Assembly (NCBI GenBank): GCA_031416315.1 | Contig: JANOTL010000187.1 | Coordinates: 1 to 39,713 of the forward strand | Length of the DNA: 39,713 bases | Source: Pseudomonadota bacterium | Lineage (GTDB): Bacteria > Bdellovibrionota_B > Oligoflexia > Oligoflexales > CAIYRB01 | Reading direction: 5' to 3' | Shown here: piece by piece, positions 1 to 11,139 of the stretch | Numbering within the stretch: the first letter of the stretch is position 1 | Layout: every line of letters starts with the position of its first letter | Program-made: the position numbers and the translations under genes | The notes under the pieces: generated by a model | Told to the model about the DNA's origin: nothing | The model's database searches: none | Seen by the model: only the letters and a program-made list of their open reading frames with translations

Positions 1-84
1 GTCTGCATGATCAAGCGATCGGGAAATTGCCGGGGAATCCGGCGAGAGCGAGGGTCGCGTGACGGACGCTATGGGTAGCGCCGC

Positions 85-108
85 GAGATCCCTCGCTCCG
101 CTCGGGAT
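85..108. repeat. REP-like short imperfect palindrome (GAGATCCCTCGCTCCGCTCGGGAT)
   Basis: ATCCC...GGGAT arms around TCGCTCCGCTC; resembles the widespread AGATCC(C/T)TCGCT.CGCTC.GGAT intergenic repeat from memory; single copy in this window. Confidence 0.4.
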
Positions 109-137
109 AGACCCTGGCGCGAAAGCGCCAGGGTCTA
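108..137. terminator. Perfect 13-bp hairpin immediately downstream of mqnA
   Basis: TAGACCCTGGCGC-GAAA-GCGCCAGGGTCTA, 1 nt beyond the mqnA stop; no clear U-tract. Confidence 0.55.
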
Positions 138-138
138 G

Positions 139-1128
139 CTAAGCGAAGAGCCCGGGAGCCGCGTTCTGCGCAGCCTGCTCCCACCGCATGATGCTGACGA
201 CGGCCTGGTCGCAGGACAAGGCGGGCGAAAGCCGTCGGGCCATCGAAAGATAGAGGGCCAAGCCCATGAAGTGCGTTGCATCGAGACGGTACTGAATCAC
301 CTTCCAGTACGCGGCGAGGTCGACACCTTGGGTGTTGTCGGGCATGTACGAGCTCGGCTCCACCCGCATGCGGGCCTGCGCGATCTCGGCCGCCTCCATC
401 AAGCGATGCTTGATCTCTTTCGGAAGCGGACGCTTACCGTTCGTCTGCCAGACGGCGAAGACGAAGGGCAAGTTGGTGAGCTCGCGCCAGACTTCGCCGA
501 GGTCCACGACCGTTCGGTAGCTCGAGCGCTTGAGCAGTGCTTCGTCGCCGATCTGGATCTCGATCGGGCGTCGCCTCGAGGAGGTGTGGGCGCCTTCGGC
601 CGCGTTGCGCGCGTAGGCGGCCTCGCCGAACCAGAGGCGATAGAGGATGCGCGCGAACATGTTGCTGGCCGCAGAGGCCGGCGTCGCTTGCAAGGGCGGC
701 AAGGAGTCGGGCGGAATCGGCGGCAGCGAGTCACTGACGGCCCAGAGCTGCGCCGTCAGCTTGCGGGCGTCGTGGCCAAAGCGGGCGACGCCGGCGCGAA
801 ACCCTTCGCGCAGCGCCTGGTTACGCGAGCGGATGAGCTCAAGGACGTCACCGTCGTCTTGATGCAGGCCGAGGTAGACGCTGAGGACCGGGCCAAAGGC
901 GGCGATGCCGAGCGGCACCGCGATCTCGTTGTGCGGCTGGGTCAGAAGGCAGATGCTCGAGCTCGGCGCGACCAAAACCCGCCCCTCGGCGAGCCAGCGG
1001 TTGACCGTCGAAGGGTGGCCGCGATGGAGCTCGATCTGCTCGGGCCCGAAGTGTCGCTCGATCTCGTAGCGCAGCGGCAGGAGGTTCCAGTACGAGATCC
1101 AGCCGACCGGGACGAGGGGGGACGTCAT
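139..1128 (-). CDS. mqnA: Chorismate dehydratase (futalosine pathway, MqnA family)
   Basis: VGWISYWNLLPL, PSTVN, GIAAFGPVLSV, IGDEAL, DLGEVWRELTNLPFVFAVW; ATG directly follows the hemL TGA. Confidence 0.8.
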   Translation of the reverse strand: MTSPLVPVGWISYWNLLPLRYEIERHFGPEQIELHRGHPSTVNRWLAEGRVLVAPSSSICLLTQPHNEIAVPLGIAAFGPVLSVYLGLHQDDGDVLELIRSRNQALREGFRAGVARFGHDARKLTAQLWAVSDSLPPIPPDSLPPLQATPASAASNMFARILYRLWFGEAAYARNAAEGAHTSSRRRPIEIQIGDEALLKRSSYRTVVDLGEVWRELTNLPFVFAVWQTNGKRPLPKEIKHRLMEAAEIAQARMRVEPSSYMPDNTQGVDLAAYWKVIQYRLDATHFMGLALYLSMARRLSPALSCDQAVVSIMRWEQAAQNAAPGLFA

Positions 1129-2421
1129 TCAGCCGAGCTCCGCGAAGGTCGCGTCGGCCGCGGCCAAGGTCGCTTGGATCTCGCGGTCGCCGTGCGCGAA
1201 AGAGACGAAGCCGGCCTCGAACGCCGAGGGCGCCAGGTAGACCCCGCGCTTCAGCATGCCGAGAAAGAATTTCGTGAATCGAGCCAAATCGGCCGCCTTC
1301 GCCTGTTCCAGGGAATGGACCGGGCCCCCGTGGAAGAAGAAGCCGAACATGCCACCTTCACTGTCGGCCAGAAAGGGGATATTCCGGGCCCGAGCCAGAT
1401 CGGCAAGGCCGTTCGCCAGGGTCTTCGTGCGCTGGGCGAGGGAAAGAAAGGCGCCGGGGCGCGTGAGAATCTCCAGCGTTTTCAAGCCGCAGGCGACGGC
1501 GACGGGATTCCCCGAGAGGGTGCCGGCCTGGTAAACCGAGCCCGCCGGCGCGACCAGCTCCATGATGTCCTTTCTGCCGCCGTAGGCACCGATCGGCATG
1601 CCGCCGCCGATGACCTTACCCAGGGTCGTGAGGTCAGGCTTGATCTTGGCCAAGGCCTGCACGCCGCCGATGGCGACGCGGAAGCCGGTCATGACCTCGT
1701 CGAAGAGGAGGAGAGCGCCTTCGGCGGTACAGATCTCGCGCAGGCCTTCGAGGAAGCCCGGGCGCGGGCGGATGAAGCCGGCGTTGCCGACGATCGGCTC
1801 GAGGATCACGGTGGCGATCTTGCCCTTGTGCTCCGCGAAGGCGGCGCGCACGGCGTCGAGGTCGTTGAAAGCGGCGAGCAGCGTGTCTTTGGTGGCGTCG
1901 GCCGGCACGCCTGGGCTGTCGGGCAGACCCAAGGTCAAGGCGCCCGAGCCGGCCCGCACCAAGAGCATGTCGGCATGGCCGTGGTAGCAGCCGGTGAACT
2001 TCAGGATCTTGTCGCGCTTGGTGAAAGCGCGCGCGACGCGGATCGCCGACATGCAGGCCTCGGTGCCGCTGGAGACGAAGCGCACCATCTCCATCGAGGG
2101 GACGAGGCGGCGGACCGTCTCCGCCAGCTCCGTCTCGCCCAGGGTGGGCGCGCCGAAGGAAAGGCCGCGGCCGATGACGTCGCGCAGGGTGGCTATGACC
2201 TCGGGATGGCCGTGGCCGATGATCATCGGCCCCCAGCTGCCGATGTAGTCGACGTATTTGTTGCCGTCGACGTCGTACATGTAGGCGCCTTCGGCCCGCT
2301 CGATGAAGAGCGGCTCGCCGCCGACGGAGCGGAAGGCACGGACGGGCGAGTTGACGCCGCCCGGGATGACGGCTTTGGCGCGCTCGAGCGCGGCGCGGGA
2401 TTTCGTGTTGGTCCAGCTCAT
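1129..2421 (-). CDS. hemL: Glutamate-1-semialdehyde 2,1-aminomutase
   Basis: [48 protein letters not shown]; start set at MSWTN (2421) with GGAGG upstream. Confidence 0.96.
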   Translation of the reverse strand: MSWTNTKSRAALERAKAVIPGGVNSPVRAFRSVGGEPLFIERAEGAYMYDVDGNKYVDYIGSWGPMIIGHGHPEVIATLRDVIGRGLSFGAPTLGETELAETVRRLVPSMEMVRFVSSGTEACMSAIRVARAFTKRDKILKFTGCYHGHADMLLVRAGSGALTLGLPDSPGVPADATKDTLLAAFNDLDAVRAAFAEHKGKIATVILEPIVGNAGFIRPRPGFLEGLREICTAEGALLLFDEVMTGFRVAIGGVQALAKIKPDLTTLGKVIGGGMPIGAYGGRKDIMELVAPAGSVYQAGTLSGNPVAVACGLKTLEILTRPGAFLSLAQRTKTLANGLADLARARNIPFLADSEGGMFGFFFHGGPVHSLEQAKAADLARFTKFFLGMLKRGVYLAPSAFEAGFVSFAHGDREIQATLAAADATFAELG

Positions 2422-2445
2422 TTTTTTTTCGGCCTCCGAGCGGGC

Positions 2446-2455
2446 ATTGTATAAA
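2446..2455. promoter_or_regulatory. Candidate overlapping divergent -10 elements (hemL / GT4)
   Basis: ATTGTATAAA: TACAAT on - strand (2446-2451), TATAAA on + strand (2450-2455), within a 39-bp divergent gap. Confidence 0.5.
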
Positions 2456-2460
2456 GAATC

Positions 2461-3561
2461 ATGCGGGTCCTCCATATCAATACCGAGACCGGGTGGCGCG
2501 GGGGCGAGAATCAGCTCCGCCTACTGCTCGAAGGGCTCGGCGCGACCGACGTCGAGAGCTTCGTGGCCTTGCGCCCCGAGGCGATGGCGAAGGAGCGCCT
2601 GGCCAAGCTCGCGCCCCTCATCGAGCTCTCCATGCGCGGAGGCTTTGCCCCCGCCGCGGCGCGCGAGCTGGCAAAGCGATGCGACGCCCACGGGATCCAG
2701 CTCATCGACGCGCATACGGCGAACGCGCATTCGATCGCCTTGATGGTGAAAATGCTCAGGCCGAAGCTTCGGCTCGTCGTGCACCGGCGCGTCGACTTCG
2801 TGCCGCGCGCGGATCCGCTCAATCGCTGGAAATACCGCACACAGAAGGTCGATCGCTACGTCGCGATCTCGAGCGCGATCCGGGACGTCCTGATCGGTTT
2901 CGGCGTTACGGGCTCACGGATCTCCGTCGTGCGCAGCGCGGTCGACGGCAACCCTTATGAGAATCTCGAGCGTGCGGCCGAACGCCGGGCCCTGGCCTCA
3001 GCCTTCGGCGTGAAGGAGGACTTGGTCTTTCTCGGCAATGCCTCGGCGCTCACGGCGCAAAAGGACTATCCGACGCTCCTCACGGCGGCGAAGATTCTGA
3101 AGGACCGGAAGCTTTCGTTTCACCTCTTCATCGCGGGCGACGGCGCCTTGCGTTTCCCGCTCGAGCGGCAGCGGATCGAGCTCGGGCTCGAGCACGAAGT
3201 GACCTTTCTCGGCTTCGTCGCCGAGGTGCCGAGATTTCTGGCCGGGCTCGACGCGTTCGTCCTGTCTTCGGCGTTCGAGGGGCTCGGGACGATCTTGCTC
3301 GAGGCGGCGCATGCCGGGATCTGCCGCGTGGCGACACGCGTCGGGGGCGTGCCGGAGGCGGTGGTCGACGGCGATACCGGGCTCCTCGTCGCACCGGGCG
3401 ATCCGGCGGCGTTGGCGAGCCAGCTCGAGCGGGTGATCAAGGACGCCGAGCTGCGCGCGGCGCTCGGCGCGGCGGGGCGCACCGCGGTCCGCCGAGATTT
3501 TTCACTCGGGGGCATGGTCGGGGGGAACCTGGAGATCTATCGTGAGTTGCTGCATAAGTAG
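2461..3561 (+). CDS. Glycosyltransferase family 4 (GT-B)
   Basis: [28 protein letters not shown] (EX7E); ATRVGGVPE. Confidence 0.9.
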   Translation: MRVLHINTETGWRGGENQLRLLLEGLGATDVESFVALRPEAMAKERLAKLAPLIELSMRGGFAPAAARELAKRCDAHGIQLIDAHTANAHSIALMVKMLRPKLRLVVHRRVDFVPRADPLNRWKYRTQKVDRYVAISSAIRDVLIGFGVTGSRISVVRSAVDGNPYENLERAAERRALASAFGVKEDLVFLGNASALTAQKDYPTLLTAAKILKDRKLSFHLFIAGDGALRFPLERQRIELGLEHEVTFLGFVAEVPRFLAGLDAFVLSSAFEGLGTILLEAAHAGICRVATRVGGVPEAVVDGDTGLLVAPGDPAALASQLERVIKDAELRAALGAAGRTAVRRDFSLGGMVGGNLEIYRELLHK

Positions 3562-3636
3562 CCGTAAACTCAGCGATATTATTCGGTGAGGCCCCGCCGC
3601 GGTCAAGGCGCCGGACGCTCGACCCGATGACGGTAC

Positions 3637-4656
3637 ATGAGCAAACGTCGCGCTTTCATTACTGGAATCACCGGTCAGGACGGCAGCTACCTGGCCGAGC
3701 ACCTGCTCGCGCTCGGGTACGAGGTCCACGGGCTCGTGCGCCGCGTCGCGACGCAATACCGCGAGCCGCGCCTCGACCGGATCGTGCCGATTCTCGCGCG
3801 CGTCACCCTGCACCCGGGCTCGGTGGAGAACTACGCGAGCTTGATCCGCGTGCTGAGCCTGGAAAAATTCGACGAGATCTATCACCTCGCGGCACAGAGC
3901 TTCGTCGCCGAGAGCTTCGACGACGGCTTCGCGACGATGAGCGTGAACGTGATGGGCACGCATCATCTGCTGGCGGCGGTGCGCCAGCTGCAGCCGCAAT
4001 GCCGCGTCTACTTCGCCGGAACCAGCGAGATGTTCGGCAAGGTGAGCGAGGCGCCGCAGCGCGAGACGACATCGTTCCACCCAAGGAGTCCCTACGGGAT
4101 CAGCAAGGTGGCGGGTTTCGAGCTGATGCGGAATTACCGCGAGGCGTACGGGATGTTCTGCGCCACCGGCATCCTCTTCAACCACGAGAGCCCGCGACGC
4201 GGCGAAGAGTTCGTGACCCGCAAGATTACGCGCGCCGTCGCGAAAATCAGCGGCGGGGAGGCTTCGGAGCTCGTGCTCGGCAACCTCGACGCGAAAAGGG
4301 ACTGGGGGCATGCGCGCGACTACGTCGAGGCGATGCACCTCATCTTGACGCACACGGAAGCGAAGGACTTCGTCGTCGCGACCGGCGTATCGCACAGCGT
4401 GCGGCAGTTCTGCGAGCTGGCGTTCGCGCATGTCGGGCTCGACTACCGCAAATTCGTGCGCACGGACGCCAAATTCGAGCGGCCGTCGGAGGTCGCCACC
4501 CTGGTCGGCGACGCGAGCTTGGCGCGGACGGTGCTCGGTTGGCAGGCGAAGACGGATTTGCGCACGCTCATCGCCGAGATGGTTGACGCCGATCTGGCCT
4601 TGGTACGCGGGACGGCCGGCGGCACCGCGAACGGCATACCGCAGAAAGCGAGCTGA
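3637..4656 (+). CDS. gmd: GDP-mannose 4,6-dehydratase
   Basis: ITGITGQDGSYLAE, YHLAAQSFV, SPYGISK, ILFNHESPRRG, LGNLDAKRDWGHA. Confidence 0.96.
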   Translation: MSKRRAFITGITGQDGSYLAEHLLALGYEVHGLVRRVATQYREPRLDRIVPILARVTLHPGSVENYASLIRVLSLEKFDEIYHLAAQSFVAESFDDGFATMSVNVMGTHHLLAAVRQLQPQCRVYFAGTSEMFGKVSEAPQRETTSFHPRSPYGISKVAGFELMRNYREAYGMFCATGILFNHESPRRGEEFVTRKITRAVAKISGGEASELVLGNLDAKRDWGHARDYVEAMHLILTHTEAKDFVVATGVSHSVRQFCELAFAHVGLDYRKFVRTDAKFERPSEVATLVGDASLARTVLGWQAKTDLRTLIAEMVDADLALVRGTAGGTANGIPQKAS

Positions 4657-4660
4657 GCTC

Positions 4661-5662
4661 GTGATCGACGTCGCGCTCTATCTGCGCAAAGCGCGGCGGG
4701 CCGGGAACTTCAGCGTCGAGCTCATCGCGGCGGATCTCGAGGCGCGCCTGCGCAAGGACGTGACGTTGCGCGTCGTGCGCTCCCCGTTTCTCAGCGGCGG
4801 CGTCTTCAAACGGCTCGGAACGATGCTGCACGCCGCGCTTTGCGTGCGGGCGCGGCTCCTCCACGTCGTCGGCGACATCAATTTCGCCGTGCTTTTCGCG
4901 CGGCGGCGGCGGGTCGTCCTGACCATGCTCGACTGCGTGTTCCTGCGCGATACGCGCGGGATGAAGCGGCGCGTCCTCAAGCTTCTTTGGCTTGACCTCC
5001 CGTTGCGGAGCGCGGGCGCCGTCGTCACCATCTCGCACGCGATGGCGGCGGAGATCCGGCGCGAGTCGGGGCTGGCCTTGCCGCAGATGACGGTGATCCC
5101 GGTGGCGATCGCGCGGGAATTCCAGGCGCGTCCCAAAGTCTTCGACGCAGCGCGGCCGCGAATCCTGCAAGTGGGCACGGCGTCGAACAAGAATGTGATG
5201 CGACTGGCCGAGGCGCTCGCCGGCGTGCCGTGCAAGCTCACGATCGTCGGCGTGATCGACCTGGCGCTGCGGGAGACCTTGGCGCGCGGTAACGTGGAGT
5301 TCGAGCAATTCGACCGGCTCGAGTTCGCGGCGCTCGTCGAGCAATACGAGAAGACCGACGTCGTGGCTTTCGTGTCGACGTACGAAGGCTTCGGAATGCC
5401 GGTGATCGAGGCGCAGACGGTCGAGAGGGTCGTGGTGGCAGGGGACATTCCCGTCTTGCGCGAGGTCGCGGGCGAGGGCGCCGCATTCGCGCCGGTGGCG
5501 GACGTGGCGGAGATCCGCGCCGCGTTCCTGCGGGTGATCGGCGACGCGGCGTGGAGGGAAGCGCTGATCGCGAAGGGGCGCGAGAACGCGCGGCGGTTCG
5601 CGCCGGAGGCGATCGCGGCGCAGTATCTGGCGGTCTATCGGGCGATGCTCGGGGGCGGTTAG
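4661..5662 (+). CDS. Glycosyltransferase family 4
   Basis: GTG start 4 nt after the gmd stop; KNVMRL, YEGFGMPVIEA, LREVAG. Confidence 0.88.
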   Translation: MIDVALYLRKARRAGNFSVELIAADLEARLRKDVTLRVVRSPFLSGGVFKRLGTMLHAALCVRARLLHVVGDINFAVLFARRRRVVLTMLDCVFLRDTRGMKRRVLKLLWLDLPLRSAGAVVTISHAMAAEIRRESGLALPQMTVIPVAIAREFQARPKVFDAARPRILQVGTASNKNVMRLAEALAGVPCKLTIVGVIDLALRETLARGNVEFEQFDRLEFAALVEQYEKTDVVAFVSTYEGFGMPVIEAQTVERVVVAGDIPVLREVAGEGAAFAPVADVAEIRAAFLRVIGDAAWREALIAKGRENARRFAPEAIAAQYLAVYRAMLGGG

Positions 5663-5672
5663 TGTGCGGCGA

Positions 5673-6437
5673 TCAGGATGCGCATGTCGTCTCCAATTTT
5701 TTGACGAGCGCGTCGTCGTGAGCTTCTTCGTACTTGCTCAAGATGCGGGGTTTGGCGGCCGCCTGCGCGAGGAGCTTCTTCGTCGTCGCGCACTCGTCCT
5801 GGTCGGCGAAGAATTCGGCGAGGTAGATCAGGTTCCGCCGCGTCTCGTGGAGCTTCAGAGCGTCCTCGAGGTCCTTACGGCCCTTCGCCTTGTCGCCGAC
5901 GGAGAGCGGCCAGCCCGGCGCCTGGGAATAGAGCTTGCCCCGCGCGCGCAAGGCGCCGGCGTGGAGATAGCTCGGGTCGATCGCGATGGCGCGGCCGAAA
6001 GCGTCGCGGATCGCCTCGATGGTGCTCAGCTGCGAGAATTTGCCCTTTTCCTTGGCCCAACAGGCCGTGGCGGCGCCGAGCCAGAACCACGGCTCGACGC
6101 GGTCTGGCTTCGCTTTGACGGCTTGCGCGGCGAAGGCCTTCGCCCGGGCGAAGGCGTCCAACTTGGCTTCGCCTTCGAGTAGGAACATTCCAGCGTGGTA
6201 GTTGGCGATCGCGTTGACGACGGCGCCGACGACGGGCGCGCGCGAGGTCTTCGGGTCGGCCAGCCCCGGATGACAGATCCGCGTGAGATCGCGCTCATGG
6301 CGCTCGATCTCATCGCCCAAGAGTGCTTTCACGCACGCCGAGACGCCGGGATCGTCGACCTCGGGAAGCGCATCGCTCAGCGCTTGACCTGCGAGAAACA
6401 CGAGGAAAAACGATGCAATTAAATGGATGAGACGCAC
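5673..6437 (-). CDS. Secreted TPR-like helical-repeat protein
   Basis: Signal peptide (..AGQALS); TPR-like segments WFWLGAA, AIAIDPSY, LGKLY-like RGKLYSQAPGWPLSVGD; GGAGGAG upstream of GTG. Confidence 0.7.
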   Translation of the reverse strand: MRLIHLIASFFLVFLAGQALSDALPEVDDPGVSACVKALLGDEIERHERDLTRICHPGLADPKTSRAPVVGAVVNAIANYHAGMFLLEGEAKLDAFARAKAFAAQAVKAKPDRVEPWFWLGAATACWAKEKGKFSQLSTIEAIRDAFGRAIAIDPSYLHAGALRARGKLYSQAPGWPLSVGDKAKGRKDLEDALKLHETRRNLIYLAEFFADQDECATTKKLLAQAAAKPRILSKYEEAHDDALVKKLETTCAS

Positions 6438-6465
6438 CTTGACTCTCCTCCGAGTGGCCCCATGT
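6438..6465 (+). promoter_or_regulatory. Sigma32 (RpoH)-type heat-shock promoter of clpB
   Basis: CTTGAC (6438-6443), 14-nt spacer, CCCCATGT (6458-6465); matches the CTTGAA-N13-17-CCCCATNT consensus. Confidence 0.75.
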
Positions 6466-6493
6466 TTGCATGGAATCGAAGCGAGGTAAATTC

Positions 6494-9115
<2,622 letters not shown>

Positions 9116-9125
9116 GGAGCGCGTG

Positions 9126-9290
9126 ATGCCGCATCGTAGACGGAAGTCGTTTCGGCAGCGTGTGGATGCGGCGGTGCGCCGGTTCTTGCGCGATGCGGCG
9201 CGGGCGGTGCATCAGTGGTTGGAGCCGCATCCGGCGCAGGTGCCGGCGCGGGCTCGGAAGCCGGCGCCGGCGCCTTCGCGACGGCGGTAA
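9126..9290 (+). CDS. Small Arg/Ala/Pro-rich hypothetical protein (54 aa, not in ORF track)
   Basis: MPHRRRKSFRQRVDAAVRRFLRDAARAVHQWLEPHPAQVPARARKPAPAPSRRR; AAGGAG RBS overlapping the clpB stop, 6 nt before ATG. Confidence 0.55.
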   Translation: MPHRRRKSFRQRVDAAVRRFLRDAARAVHQWLEPHPAQVPARARKPAPAPSRRR

Positions 9291-9302
9291 AATAGTCTTT
9301 CC

Positions 9303-9374
9303 TGTATTCCTGCTTTCAGGCTTCCAGCTAAAATGTCTGGGGTTTTTAGCTGGAATCCAGGTCGTAGGAATGCA
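9303..9374 (+). terminator. Long two-stem hairpin between convergent genes
   Basis: Inner TTCCAGCTAAAA/TTTTAGCTGGAA (9322-9355); outer TGTATTCCTGC/GTAGGAATGCA with two G-U pairs. Confidence 0.5.
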
Positions 9375-9392
9375 AGAACGGCCGAACTTTTT

Positions 9393-9902
9393 TTAGACCT
9401 TGATCACGTACAACACGACGAAGGTCGAGAACAGCAGCAGGAATTTCGCTGCCATGGCCGTCATTCCCGCTTCCGCGTCGCGGTTGTCGGCTGTAACGGC
9501 TGCACCCCCGATTCCGCGGAACAGCGCCCAACCCAACACCGCATAAATCGTGACGACGAAAGAAACCGCCACCCCGGCGCCGATGAACTGCGGCTTATCC
9601 AAGTTCTCCATCACGTGGATCATCCCGATCACGTTGCCGATCACGGCAGCGTAAAAGCAGGCGACGGCCGCGTTGCCCCAGCGGACGCCGGCGGCGCGCG
9701 GGGAGACGATCAGGGTCGAGGCGACGCCGCCGAGGATGAAGAGGAAGGACGTCAGCGTGATCAGGCGGGCGACGTCGCCCCCGAGCATGCGGAAGCCGAC
9801 GACGACCGCGGCGACACAGAGCGCGAAGCCGAAGACGAGGCGGACGGCGCGTGCGGAGACGGGCTCCTCGAGGAGCGCCACGGCGGTGCGTTCAGAGCTC
9901 AT
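9393..9902 (-). CDS. Short MotA/TolQ/ExbB-like membrane protein (169 aa)
   Basis: GGDVARLITLTSFLFILGG and IGMIHVMENLDKPQFIGAGVAVSFVVTIYA resemble MotA TM2 and TM3-TM4; ATGA overlap with the upstream gene. Confidence 0.7.
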   Translation of the reverse strand: MSSERTAVALLEEPVSARAVRLVFGFALCVAAVVVGFRMLGGDVARLITLTSFLFILGGVASTLIVSPRAAGVRWGNAAVACFYAAVIGNVIGMIHVMENLDKPQFIGAGVAVSFVVTIYAVLGWALFRGIGGAAVTADNRDAEAGMTAMAAKFLLLFSTFVVLYVIKV

Positions 9903-10414
9903 GCGGCACCTCGACTTTCCGTGACCGTCGCGCTCGCGACGTGCACGTTGGCGACCCCGACCTCGGCCGCGACGCGTCGACCCGCGACCTCGGCGCGCAC
10001 CGGATCTGCGACGAAGAGCCGCAGCCCGAAGCCGTAGACGACGGCGGTGAAGGCGACCGCGATGCCAGGGCCGATCTTCTCCGGATTTCCCAGATTCTCC
10101 ATCGCGGTGATGAGCCCGAGGGTGGCGCCGCCGAAGCCGAAGTTGATGAACCCGGCGCCCATCAGCTGGAAATAGCGCTCCGTCAGGGTCAGGCTTGCGG
10201 CGTCGGTCTCTTTCGAGGCAGCGGTCCTCCACGCAAGCACGTGCGCTTTCGCCGAGAAGCTCATCACCATCAGACCGAAGGTGCCGCCACCCACGACGAC
10301 GAAGGCCGTGCCTTGCATCAAGGACGACAGATGCCCTCCTTCGAGCATCAAGGCCAAGGCCATCATCACGACGCCAAAGCCGATGCCAAGCCCCATCCGG
10401 ACGATCGCAGCCAT
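9899..10414 (-). CDS. Short MotA/PomA-like membrane protein (171 aa)
   Basis: EGGHLSSLMQGTAFVVVGGGTFG; GATLGLITAMENLGNPEKIGPGIAVAFTAVVYG...ADPV; GGAGGT RBS. Confidence 0.78.
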   Translation of the reverse strand: MAAIVRMGLGIGFGVVMMALALMLEGGHLSSLMQGTAFVVVGGGTFGLMVMSFSAKAHVLAWRTAASKETDAASLTLTERYFQLMGAGFINFGFGGATLGLITAMENLGNPEKIGPGIAVAFTAVVYGFGLRLFVADPVRAEVAGRRVAAEVGVANVHVASATVTESRGAA

Positions 10415-10460
10415 CGCTCGCACCTCCACAAGTCGCGGAATCCACGAGTCTTGTCGGCGC

Positions 10461-11030
10461 TCAAGGGCTCGACTTGAGCACGCCGGCCTCGCTGGCGAGC
10501 CAACGCACCGGGCGATCGTGCGCTTCCTCGGGCAAGTCGGCGACGATCAGCGCTTCGAACGCGACGCCGATCGTCTCGGCGCTCGGGTGCGCGGCCAGAT
10601 AGCGATCATAGTAGCCGCCGCCGTAACCGAGGCGAAAGCCGCGACGATCGAGCGCCACGGCGGGGACGAGGATTGCGGTCTTCGCGTCGGGAGTCAGCTC
10701 CGCCGCCGTCCCTCGATCGGGCTCGTCGATCCCGTAACGGCTGGACACTAGCGCTTCGCCCGATTTCCAGCGGAAAAATCGCATCTCGCCGCGTTCCTCG
10801 CGCACCACCGGCAAGCCGCAACGGAGCGTCGGCAAGAGCGCCGGCAGCGCCCGCAGATCGGGCTCGTTTTTGTGCGGCAGGAACCAGAGCACGGTCTCGA
10901 ACGCGCCGTCGCGCAGAAAGCGCGCCAGATGCGCGACCATGGCCGCGCTCGCCGCGGCGTGCGCCCCGGCCGGAATAGCCCGGCGCCGGCTCAGGAGGGT
11001 GCGGCGCAGCTCGCGTTTGTCGACCGTCAT
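10461..11030 (-). CDS. ygfA: 5-formyltetrahydrofolate cyclo-ligase
   Basis: KRELRR, YGIDEP, LVPAVALDRRGFRLGYGGGYYDRYL, PEEAHD. Confidence 0.93.
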   Translation of the reverse strand: MTVDKRELRRTLLSRRRAIPAGAHAAASAAMVAHLARFLRDGAFETVLWFLPHKNEPDLRALPALLPTLRCGLPVVREERGEMRFFRWKSGEALVSSRYGIDEPDRGTAAELTPDAKTAILVPAVALDRRGFRLGYGGGYYDRYLAAHPSAETIGVAFEALIVADLPEEAHDRPVRWLASEAGVLKSSP

Positions 11031-11053
11031 GATGAGCCTTCGTCCCAGATCCG

Positions 11054-11091
11054 AAAAACAGAAAACGCCCGCTCGAAGCCTCGAGCGGGCG
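11054..11091 (-). terminator. Intrinsic terminator after the 11140-12201 gene
   Basis: 11-bp stem CGCCCGCTCGA/TCGAGCGGGCG (11066-11091) followed on - strand by TTTTCTGTTTTT. Confidence 0.8.
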
Positions 11092-11139
11092 GATCTAAAA
11101 TACGACGATTGAGAGACGAACTAAATCAGGAAACGAGAC

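Noticed and set aside
2421..2429. T9 homopolymer as a phase-variation tract
   Set aside because: It lies in the RBS-ATG spacer and start codon of hemL, so it cannot shift the frame; more simply an A-rich initiation region
271..2454. Long antisense ORFs (also 13460-15319, 19112-20914, 29669-32056 and many shorter ones)
   Set aside because: Shadow frames opposite well-supported genes, expected from high-GC codon bias; no recognisable motifs
9393..10414. Zorya (ZorAB) anti-phage system
   Set aside because: No long ZorA tail, no ZorB/OmpA-domain gene and no effector genes nearby
9393..10445. Single 350-aa ORF or a frameshifted full-length motA
   Set aside because: The upstream half is an off-frame reading of the 9899-10414 gene; both short genes contain their own TM2 and TM3-TM4 motifs, so they are paralogs rather than halves
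11031..11139. 6S RNA (ssrS), often found upstream of ygfA
   Set aside because: The gap is only ~109 nt and is occupied by a terminator hairpin; too short for 6S RNA
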